Origin: Burkholderiaceae bacterium
Lineage (GTDB): Bacteria > Pseudomonadota > Gammaproteobacteria > Burkholderiales > Burkholderiaceae_C
Length of the DNA: 64,000 bases
Assembly (NCBI GenBank): GCA_024235855.1
Contig: JACKLN010000013.1
Coordinates: 2,950 to 66,949 of the forward strand
Direction of reading: 5' to 3'
Below are positions 36,970 through 44,860 of the stretch, piece after piece (position 1 is the first letter of the stretch; each line of letters begins with the position of its first letter). The notes beneath the pieces were generated by a model. It searched no databases, was not told where the DNA came from, and saw only the letters and a list, made by a program, of their open reading frames with translations. The position numbers and the translations under genes are program-made.

Positions 36970-38855
36970 AGCACTGGGCGGTCCTGATCGGGATGGCGGC
37001 CACGGCCCTGTCGGCGGCGGCCGTGGAGCCGGTGCGCGCGCAGCCATCGAAGCCCGGCCCGGTCCAGGCGCCCTTCTGGGGCGACGCGCTGTTCCACGTC
37101 TACCAGGGCAAGACCTTCTCGGCGCTGACCACGCTGATGGCCTCGCAGCAGTTCGGCCGCGTGGCGCCGCATGCCGACGAGGCCGAGGCCACGCGCGGCG
37201 GCCTGCTGCTGGCCTACGGCCTGCACCGCGAGGCCGAGGCCGTGTTCACCGCGCTGGCCGAACGCGGCACCACGGCGGCGCTGCGCGACAAGGCCTGGTT
37301 CCACCTGGCGAAGATCCGCTGGCAGCGCGGCCTGCCGGCCGAGGCCGATGCGGCCCTGGCCCGCGTGGCCGGCCCGCTGGACGCGGAGCTCGAAACCGAC
37401 CGTCAGCTGCTGGCCGCCCAGGTGCGGCTCGCGCTGGGGGACCCGGCCGGCGCCGCCGCGCGCCTGCAGGCCCTGGCCGAGGACGCCGAGGGCACGCCCT
37501 ATGCCCGCTACAACCTGGGCGTGGCGCTGCTCGAAGGCCAGCGCCGCGCCGACGGCCGCGCCTGGCTCGACCGCCTGGGCCAGATGCCGGTGACCACCCG
37601 GCCACCCGAGGAGCGCCGCGCGCTGCGCGACAAGGCCAACCTGACCCTGGGCTTCGACGCCCTGCGCCATGGCGAACCGGCCCCCGCGCGGCAGGCGCTC
37701 GAACGTGTGCGCCTGAACGGCCCCTTCGCCAACCCCGCGCTGCTGGCCTTCGGCTGGGCGGCGCTGGAGGACAAGGCGCCGCGCCAGGCCCTGGTGCCCT
37801 GGCAGGAACTGCTCCAGCGCAACCCCAGCGATCCAGCGGTGCTGGAAGCCCGCCTGGCCGTGCCGCACGCACTGGTGGAACTGAAGGCCGACGCCGCCGC
37901 CGTGCAGGGCTACACCGAGGCCCTGGCCGCCTACGCCGCCGAGGCCCAGGCGCTGACCGACACCATCGCCGCGCTGCAGGGCGGTGCCCTGGTGGACACG
38001 CTGATCGCCGGCAACCCCGGCGCCGATCTGGGCTGGGGCTGGACCGCCGAGACCCTGCCGGCCGACCTGCCCCATCGCGCCCAGCTGGCGCCGGTGCTGG
38101 CCACCCACGCCTGGCAGTCGGCGCTGAAGGACCAGCGCGACCTGCGCTTCTTCCTGCAGCACCTGGGCCGCTGGCAGCGCGACCTGCTGAGCTTCGACAC
38201 CATGCTGGCCACGCGTGAGCAGCGCTTCGCCGCCATGCTGCCCGCCACCCGCGACACGCGGCTGGCCGACACCCAGGCGCGCCTGGCCGCCGAGCAGCGC
38301 ACGCTGGCCGGTGCGCTGGCCACCGCCGACGCCCGCGCCCTGGCCGACGACCGCGAGCGCGCCCTGATCGAGCGTCTGGATCGCGCCCAGCGCACGCTGG
38401 CCAGCCTGCCGGACGACGACGCCAGCCGGACACTGCGCGACCGCCTGCAACGCGTGGCGGGCGCGCTGGAGTGGCAGCTGTCCGTGGCCGTGCCCGAGCG
38501 CCGCTGGGCCGCGCGCAAGGCGCTGCGCGAGATCGAGACCGAACTGGCCAACAGCGCCGAGCGCATGGCCACGCTGCAGGCCGCGCAACGCGACGAACCG
38601 CAGCGCTTCGCCGGCTTCGCCGGGCGCATCGCCGCCCTGCGCACGCGCATCGCCACCCTGTTGCCGCAGGTGGCGGCGCTGCAGGCCGAGCAGCAGACCG
38701 AGCTGCAGGCCGTGGCCATCCGCCACCTGCAGGACCAGCAGGCGCGGCTGGCCGAATACACCACCCAGGCGCGCTTCGCGCTGGCCCGGTTGCAGGACCC
38801 GGCCACGCTGGCACAGCGCGGCGACGCGTCGGAGGCACCCGATGCGCCGCGTTGA
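36966..38855 (+). CDS. Secreted TPR and coiled-coil protein
   Basis: Signal peptide; TPR-like units (AWFHLAKI, YARYNLGVAL, ALLAFGWA); C-terminal heptads. Confidence 0.8.
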   Translation: MKHWAVLIGMAATALSAAAVEPVRAQPSKPGPVQAPFWGDALFHVYQGKTFSALTTLMASQQFGRVAPHADEAEATRGGLLLAYGLHREAEAVFTALAERGTTAALRDKAWFHLAKIRWQRGLPAEADAALARVAGPLDAELETDRQLLAAQVRLALGDPAGAAARLQALAEDAEGTPYARYNLGVALLEGQRRADGRAWLDRLGQMPVTTRPPEERRALRDKANLTLGFDALRHGEPAPARQALERVRLNGPFANPALLAFGWAALEDKAPRQALVPWQELLQRNPSDPAVLEARLAVPHALVELKADAAAVQGYTEALAAYAAEAQALTDTIAALQGGALVDTLIAGNPGADLGWGWTAETLPADLPHRAQLAPVLATHAWQSALKDQRDLRFFLQHLGRWQRDLLSFDTMLATREQRFAAMLPATRDTRLADTQARLAAEQRTLAGALATADARALADDRERALIERLDRAQRTLASLPDDDASRTLRDRLQRVAGALEWQLSVAVPERRWAARKALREIETELANSAERMATLQAAQRDEPQRFAGFAGRIAALRTRIATLLPQVAALQAEQQTELQAVAIRHLQDQQARLAEYTTQARFALARLQDPATLAQRGDASEAPDAPR

Positions 38856-41658
38856 GATCCGCACGCTCTCGGTGCTGGCCGCCGCAGCGCTGCTGGCCGG
38901 CTGCGCATCGCGCGGCCCCGAGGTGCCCGACGACGAACCCACGCTGGCCAGCCTGAAGGCCCGCGACGCCGCCATCGACACCCGCGCACGCGCCGCCGCG
39001 CCCCCGGCCCAGGCCGTGGCCCAGGCGCTGGCCGCCTACCAGGCCTTCCTGGCCAGCCCGGCATTGCCGCCGCGCGCGCCCGAACGCGTGGAGGCCGAGC
39101 GCCGCATCGCGGACCTGGAGATGGACCGCGCCGAGACACTCAGCGCCGACACCGGCAGTGCGCCCGACTTCCGTGCCGCCATCGCCGGCTACACCGCCTT
39201 CCTGAAGGACCATCCGGCCGCCCCGGACCGCGACCGCGTGCTCTACCAGCTGGCCCGCGCGCAGGACCAGGGCGGCGACCCGGCCGCGGCCCTGGCCACG
39301 CTGGACCGCCTGGTGCGCGAGCACCCGGCCACCGCCGCGCGCGCCGAAGCCGAGTTCCGACGTGGCGAGCTGCTGTTCACGGCCAGCCGCTGGGCCGATG
39401 CCGAGGCGGCCTACGCGGTGGTGCTGCAGGCGCCTGACGAGACCCCGTTCCACGAGCGGGCGCTCTACATGCAGGGCTGGTCGCGCTTCAAGCTCGGCCG
39501 GCTGGACGACGCGCTGGCCGCCTTCTTCGCCGTGCTCGACCGCCGGCTCGGCGGCGAGCCCGGCAGCCGCCCGGCGCTCACCCGCGCCGACCGCGAACTG
39601 CTGGAGGACAGCTTCCGCGTCATCGGCCTGTCGCTGCAGTCGCTGGACGGCGCACGAAGCATCCCGCCGCTGATCACCACCCCGGGACGCGAAGGCTACG
39701 AACCCCTTGTCTACCGCGAGCTGGCCGAGCTCTACCTGAAGCAGGAACGCGTGAAGGACGCCGCCGACACGCTGGCCGCCTTCGCCGAACGGCGCCCGCT
39801 GCACGCCCAGGCGCCGCAGATGCTGTCGCGCGTGATCGAGATCCACGAGAAGGCCGGCTTCACCACGCTGGCGCTGCAGGCCAAGCGCGACTTCGTCACC
39901 CGCTACGGCGCCGACAGCGCCTTCCGCCAGGCGAACCCCGACGGCTGGGCCGCGGCGCAACCGCTGGTGCAGGCCCACCTGGCCGAACTGGCCCGCCACC
40001 ACCATGCCCTGGCGCAGAAGACCGGCGACCCGGCCGAGGTGGAGCAGGCGATCCGCTGGTACCGCGCCGGCCTGACCGCCTTCCCGGACGCCGCCGAGAG
40101 CACCGAGAACCGCTTCCTGCTGGCCGAACTGCTGTTCGAGCGCCAGCGCTGGGCCGAAGCCGGCGCCGAGTACGCGCAGGTGGCCTACGGTGACCGCACC
40201 TCCGCCACGCGCGGTGCCGAAGCCGGGTATGCCGTGCTGCTGGCGCACGCGAAGCAGCAGCCGCCGGCCGGCGATGCAACCGAAGCAGACTGGCAGCGCC
40301 GCGGCGTCGTGCTCGCCCTGCAGTTCGTCGACGCCTACCCCGCCGATGCGCGCGCCACGGCGGTGCTGAACGACGCGGCGCTCAAGCGCCTGGCCTTCGG
40401 CGACACCCCCGGCGCCGACGCGCTGGCACAGCGCGTGCTGGCCGCGGCCGACGCCACGCCGGCGCAGCGCCGCAGCGCCTGGAGCGTGCGCGCCGACACC
40501 GCCTTCGACGCCGGCCGCTGGGCCGATGCCGAGGCCGCCTACCGTGAACTGCAGGCGATGGCCCCGGGCGAGACCGCCGTCACCGAGCGCCTGGCCGCGG
40601 CCATCTACAAGCAGGGCGAGGCCGAACGCGCCGCCGGCCGGCCGCAGGCGGCCCTGGGGCACTTCGACCGCGTGGCGGCGCTGGCACCGCAGAGCGCCGC
40701 GCGCGCCACGGCCGAGATCGACGCCGCGGCCACCCGCGTCGCGCTGGGCGACTGGGCCGGCGCCGCGGCGGCGCTGGAAGACTTCCGCCGCCGCAACCCG
40801 CAGCACCCGATGACCGCGGAGATCCCGGCCCGGCTGGCCGCCGCGTACCTGGAACTGCAGCGCTGGGGCGACGCCGCCGTGGAACTCGAGCGTGTGGCAC
40901 CGACGCTGACCGACCCCGAGGCGGCACGCGACGCCCGCTGGCAGGTGGCCGCCCTGCAGCGCAAGGCCGGCAACCGGGCGGCCGAACAGCAGGCGCTGGA
41001 GCGCTACGTGGCGCAGCACCCGGCACCGCTGCCGTTGGCCATCGACGCGCGTCAGCGCCTCATCGACCTGGCCGATGGCGACGCCAGGCGCGTCGCGACC
41101 CTGCAGCAGGCCCTGATCGACGCCGAGCGCAACGGTGGCGATGCCCGCACCGCGCGCACGCAGACCCTGGCCGCGATGGCCACGCTGGCCCTGGCCGAGC
41201 CCAAGCTGGCCGCCTACCGGGCCGTGGCGCTGAAGGAACCGCTGCAGCGCAGCCTGAAGCTCAAGCAGGCGCGGCTGGGCGTGGCACAGGCCGCGCTGCA
41301 GCAGGTGGCCGACTACGGCGTGCAGGAGGCGGTGACGTCAGCCACCTTCCACAGTGCCGAACTCTTCCGCGAGTTCGGCCGCGCGCTGATGCAGTCCGAG
41401 CGCCCGAAGAAGCTGAGGAAGAAGGCCGAGCGCGAGCAGTACGACGTGCTGCTGGAGGAGCAGGCCTTCCCGTTCGAGGAGAAGGCCATCGCGCTGTACG
41501 AGACCAACGCCAGGCGCGCCGCCGAACTGCCCACCGACCCCTGGGTGCGGCGCAGCCTGGTGGCGCTGGGTGAACTGGTGCCGGCGCGCTGGGCGGCGGC
41601 GGCACAGGCCGCCTCGAACACGGCGACCAGCCCCGCGACGACGGGAACCAAGCCATGA
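38842..41658 (+). CDS. Large TPR lipoprotein (GltD/AgmU-like)
   Basis: Lipobox LLAGC; many TPRs (VLYQLARA, FRRGELLF, ALYMQGWS.FK); C-terminal YDVLLEEQAFPFEEKAI. Confidence 0.8.
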   Translation: MRRVEIRTLSVLAAAALLAGCASRGPEVPDDEPTLASLKARDAAIDTRARAAAPPAQAVAQALAAYQAFLASPALPPRAPERVEAERRIADLEMDRAETLSADTGSAPDFRAAIAGYTAFLKDHPAAPDRDRVLYQLARAQDQGGDPAAALATLDRLVREHPATAARAEAEFRRGELLFTASRWADAEAAYAVVLQAPDETPFHERALYMQGWSRFKLGRLDDALAAFFAVLDRRLGGEPGSRPALTRADRELLEDSFRVIGLSLQSLDGARSIPPLITTPGREGYEPLVYRELAELYLKQERVKDAADTLAAFAERRPLHAQAPQMLSRVIEIHEKAGFTTLALQAKRDFVTRYGADSAFRQANPDGWAAAQPLVQAHLAELARHHHALAQKTGDPAEVEQAIRWYRAGLTAFPDAAESTENRFLLAELLFERQRWAEAGAEYAQVAYGDRTSATRGAEAGYAVLLAHAKQQPPAGDATEADWQRRGVVLALQFVDAYPADARATAVLNDAALKRLAFGDTPGADALAQRVLAAADATPAQRRSAWSVRADTAFDAGRWADAEAAYRELQAMAPGETAVTERLAAAIYKQGEAERAAGRPQAALGHFDRVAALAPQSAARATAEIDAAATRVALGDWAGAAAALEDFRRRNPQHPMTAEIPARLAAAYLELQRWGDAAVELERVAPTLTDPEAARDARWQVAALQRKAGNRAAEQQALERYVAQHPAPLPLAIDARQRLIDLADGDARRVATLQQALIDAERNGGDARTARTQTLAAMATLALAEPKLAAYRAVALKEPLQRSLKLKQARLGVAQAALQQVADYGVQEAVTSATFHSAELFREFGRALMQSERPKKLRKKAEREQYDVLLEEQAFPFEEKAIALYETNARRAAELPTDPWVRRSLVALGELVPARWAAAAQAASNTATSPATTGTKP

Positions 41659-42011
41659 GACCACGCCCCACCCTGCCCGCCATGCTGCTGCTGGCCGGCG
41701 GTGCCGCCATCGCCGCGACACCGGCACCGACCACACAGCCGACACCGCCGGACACAACCCCGGCTGAAGAACGCGTGGACCGCGCCGACATCGATCGCAC
41801 GACCATCACCGGGCACAAGGAACTGCCCAAGGTGCTCTACATCGTGCCCTGGAAGAAGCCGCTGCCCGGCAACGTCACCTCGCGTGCGCGCACCAGCGTG
41901 CTCGACGAGGCGCTGGCGCCGGTGGACCGCGACGTCTTCCGCCGCCAGCTGCGCTACCGCGCCCAGATCGAATCCCCCCTCACCCCCGCCCCGCAGGAGA
42001 AAACGCCATGA
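41655..42011 (+). CDS. Small secreted protein (GltF/CglF-like by inference)
   Basis: Signal peptide; ITGHKELPKVLYIVPWK; lies directly before the ExbB-like gene. Confidence 0.65.
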   Translation: MRPRPTLPAMLLLAGGAAIAATPAPTTQPTPPDTTPAEERVDRADIDRTTITGHKELPKVLYIVPWKKPLPGNVTSRARTSVLDEALAPVDRDVFRRQLRYRAQIESPLTPAPQEKTP

Positions 42012-42664
42012 GCGCCTTCGACATCGTCGTGAAGTTCATCCAGGACTCCGGCATGTTCATCTACATCAGCATGACGATCATGGCCATCGGCCTGTCGATC
42101 GCCATCGAGCGCTGGATCGTGCTCAGCCGCACGCGCAGCGAGAACCGCCGGCTGTGGGACCAGATGCAGCCCATGCTGGCGCACGGCAAGTTCAAGGACG
42201 TGGCGCAGGTGGCGTCCTCGTCCGACGCGGCGGTGGGCAAGATCGTGCACAACGGCCTGGCGCGCATGCAGAGTGCACGCCGCCGCGAGGACATCGACGC
42301 GGCGATGGAGGAAGGCATGATGGAGATCGTGCCGCGCCTGGAGAAGCGCACGCACTACATCGCCACCTTCGCCAACGTGATCACGCTGGTGGGCCTGCTG
42401 GGCACCATCATCGGGCTGATCAAGGGCTTCACCGCAGTGGCCGCCGTGGACCCGGCGCGCAAGGCCGAGATGCTGTCGGCCTCGATCTCGATCGCGATGA
42501 ACAACACCGCGTTCGCGCTGATGGTGGCCATCCCCTTCCTGCTGATCCACGCCTTCCTGCAGGCGCGCACAGGCGAGATCGTCGATTCGCTGGAGGCGGC
42601 CAAGATCAGCTTCCTGAACACGGTGCAGCGCATCGCCGCTGAAACGTCGCCGGCGGCACGCTGA
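42008..42664 (+). CDS. MotA/TolQ/ExbB proton channel (AglR-like)
   Basis: IAIERW; TLVGLLGTIIGLIKGF; ISIAMNNTAFAL.VAIP. Confidence 0.92.
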   Translation: MSAFDIVVKFIQDSGMFIYISMTIMAIGLSIAIERWIVLSRTRSENRRLWDQMQPMLAHGKFKDVAQVASSSDAAVGKIVHNGLARMQSARRREDIDAAMEEGMMEIVPRLEKRTHYIATFANVITLVGLLGTIIGLIKGFTAVAAVDPARKAEMLSASISIAMNNTAFALMVAIPFLLIHAFLQARTGEIVDSLEAAKISFLNTVQRIAAETSPAAR

Positions 42665-42671
42665 GGCTGCC

Positions 42672-43136
42672 ATGAAACGCCGCCGCCTGAAGAAGCACCC
42701 GGCGGAGCTGGAGGTCACGGCCTTCATCAACCTGATCGTCGTGCTCGTGCCCTTCCTGCTGTCCACCGCGGTGTTCAGCAAGCTCTCGGTGATGGAGCTG
42801 AGCCTGCCCGCGGCCGCCGCGCCGGGGCTGGAGCAGCTCAAGGCCGAGGACCTGCAGCTCGAGCTGGTGCTGCGTGCCGACGCCATCGAGGTCGGCGACC
42901 GCATCGGCGGGCTCATCCAGCGCATTCCGGCGACCGCGGACAAGGCGCCCGACCGCCCTGCGCTGCTGGCCCTGATGCAGGGCATCAAGAGCAAGTTCCC
43001 GGAGGAGGTGCAGGCCAGCATCCTGGCCGAGGCCGACACGCCCTACGAGCACATCGTGCAGGTGATGGACGTCTCGCGTGAGGCGCAGTTCCCGGAGGTG
43101 GCGGTGGGTGATGCACCGGTGAGGAAGCAGAAATGA
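42672..43136 (+). CDS. ExbD/TolR family protein (AglQ-like)
   Basis: ELEVTAFINLIVVLVPFLL TM; YEHIVQVMD; the TM has Asn where the family usually has Asp. Confidence 0.88.
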   Translation: MKRRRLKKHPAELEVTAFINLIVVLVPFLLSTAVFSKLSVMELSLPAAAAPGLEQLKAEDLQLELVLRADAIEVGDRIGGLIQRIPATADKAPDRPALLALMQGIKSKFPEEVQASILAEADTPYEHIVQVMDVSREAQFPEVAVGDAPVRKQK

Positions 43137-43210
43137 ACGCCGCACGGCCGTTCCGAAGGCGTTCGCGCCCCCTTGGGGGGCTGGCCCGCAGGGCCTGGGG
43201 GGTCCGATGA
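43133..43210 (+). repeat. Short intergenic element bounded by ATGA...ATGA, forming a 25-codon mini-ORF (copy 1)
   Basis: atgaacgccgcacggccgttccgaaggc...ccccttgggggg...gcctggggggtccgatga; similar to 43677-43754. Confidence 0.75.
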
Positions 43211-43680
43211 GTTCGCTGGCCAAACGCGCCGAGCGCAAGGAGCGCAACAAGCAGTCGCTGGACATGAACCTGGTGGCGCTGATCGACATCTTCACCATCC
43301 TGCTGTTCTTCCTGCTGTCCAGCGCCACCGAACTGGAAACCCTGGTGATCCCGCGCGCCGTGGCGTTGCCGGAGTCCACCGCGGACGTGACGCCCAAACC
43401 GACGGTGGTGGTGCTCGTCAACGCACAGGAGATCGTGGTCGACGGCCAGACCGTGGCGCGCACGCCGGACGTCATGGCCAACGACGCCGACCTGATCGAG
43501 CCGCTGCAGGCGCAGCTGGTGGCGCTCAAGGCCAAGCCCGAGGCTGGCAGCACCGTGACCATCATGGGTGACAAGGACATCCCTTACCGCCTGCTGCGCA
43601 AGGTGATGAGCACCTGCGCGCAGGCCGAGTTCACCGACGTGGCTTTCGCCGTGCGCACGCGGCTGGAGCAGAAGTCATGA
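43207..43680 (+). CDS. ExbD/TolR family protein (AglS-like)
   Basis: MNLVALIDIFTILLFFLL (conserved Asp); LPES; IMGDKDIPY.LL.KVM.T. Confidence 0.9.
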   Translation: MSSLAKRAERKERNKQSLDMNLVALIDIFTILLFFLLSSATELETLVIPRAVALPESTADVTPKPTVVVLVNAQEIVVDGQTVARTPDVMANDADLIEPLQAQLVALKAKPEAGSTVTIMGDKDIPYRLLRKVMSTCAQAEFTDVAFAVRTRLEQKS

Positions 43681-43754
43681 GCGCCGCCCGGCCGTTCCAA
43701 GGGCACTGGCTCCCCCTCGGGGGGACGGCGCGCAGCGCCTGGAGGGCAGCATGA
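43677..43754 (+). repeat. Short intergenic element bounded by ATGA...ATGA, forming a 25-codon mini-ORF (copy 2)
   Basis: atgagcgccgcccggccgttccaagggc...ccccctcgggggg...gcctggagggcagcatga. Confidence 0.75.
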
Positions 43755-44848
43755 CCGCCGCAGTGATGCCGCTCTCGTTCCGCGACGGCACCTTGCCCTG
43801 GGCCGGCGGCACGTCGGACGACCGGCGGTTCCGGCGCATCCAGCAGTGGGTCATCGGCATCGCGCTGGTGGTCTGCGCCATCGTGCCCTGGCTGCCGGTG
43901 CACGTGCCGCCGCCACCACCACCGGCCGAGCCGGTGCGCACGGCCAAGCTGCTGCTGCCACCGCCAGTGGCCACACCACTGGCGAAGCCGGTGCCACCAC
44001 AGCCTGCACCGAAGGCCGAGGCACCCAAGCCCGCGCCGACGCGCGTGGCCGAGAAGCCCCATCCCGCACCGGCGTCGGTGGCCGAGGCACGAAACCCCGT
44101 GAAGGGCAAGCCACCCGGCGAGGACCTGCAGACGGCCCGCCAGCGTGCGCAGGGCGTGGGCCTGCTGGCGATGAAGGACCAGCTGCAGCAAGTGGCCGGC
44201 GCGCCGGTGGCGGTGCAGCTGCAGGCCGACATCAAGCCTGGGCCGGGCATCGGCAGCGGCAGCGGGCCCGGCGTGGGTGCCGGCACCGAGGCCGGCATCC
44301 CCACGCGTTCGATGATCACCGCCGCGGCAGCCCGCGGCAGCGGTGGCCTGGCCGTGGCCAGTGGCGGCGTCAGCCGCGACAGCGGCGGCGGTGGCCTGGC
44401 GGGCCGGTCCACCACGCTGGTCGAAGGCCGCATCGGCGGTGGTGGCGGTGGTGGCCCTGGCGGTGGCGCCGGCGGCGGCCGCGCGGCCAGCGGTGACGGC
44501 ACGGGCAGCGGCACCGCCGCGGCCGGTGGCAGCGTCAAGCGCAGCGGCAGCGGCAAGGCGTCGCGCTCGATCGAGGAGATCCGCCTGGTGTTCGAGCGCC
44601 ACAAGGGCGCGATCTACGCGCTCTACAACCGCGCGCTGCGCGAGGACCCCAGCCTGCAGGGCAAGGTGGTGCTGGAGCTGCGCATCGCGCCCGACGGCGC
44701 CGTCACCGGCATCCGCATGGTCTCCAGCGAACTGAAGTCCGACACGCTGGAGAGCAAGCTGCTGGCCCGTGTGCGCCAGTTCGACTTCGGTGCCAAGGAT
44801 GTGGAGGTGATGGTGGTGAACTGGCCGGTGGACTTCCTGCCGTCGTGA
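43751..44848 (+). CDS. TonB-like energy transducer with AgmX/PglI-type C-terminal domain (GltG-like)
   Basis: Single TM, Pro-rich then Gly-rich linker, RSIEEI..VF...KGAIYALYNRALREDPSLQGKVV..L.I.PDG.V. Confidence 0.85.
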   Translation: MTAAVMPLSFRDGTLPWAGGTSDDRRFRRIQQWVIGIALVVCAIVPWLPVHVPPPPPPAEPVRTAKLLLPPPVATPLAKPVPPQPAPKAEAPKPAPTRVAEKPHPAPASVAEARNPVKGKPPGEDLQTARQRAQGVGLLAMKDQLQQVAGAPVAVQLQADIKPGPGIGSGSGPGVGAGTEAGIPTRSMITAAAARGSGGLAVASGGVSRDSGGGGLAGRSTTLVEGRIGGGGGGGPGGGAGGGRAASGDGTGSGTAAAGGSVKRSGSGKASRSIEEIRLVFERHKGAIYALYNRALREDPSLQGKVVLELRIAPDGAVTGIRMVSSELKSDTLESKLLARVRQFDFGAKDVEVMVVNWPVDFLPS

Positions 44849-44860
44849 AGGCCGGCAGGC

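Noticed and set aside
44240-44555. GGC/GGT-rich tandem-like repeats
   Set aside because: They encode the Gly-rich linker of the TonB-like protein; not an independent repeat or array
36966-44848. Calling the locus a gliding motility system or an ordinary Tol-Pal
   Set aside because: No tolB-pal order and no cytoplasmic gliding platform genes in view; homology to Agl-Glt does not establish motility
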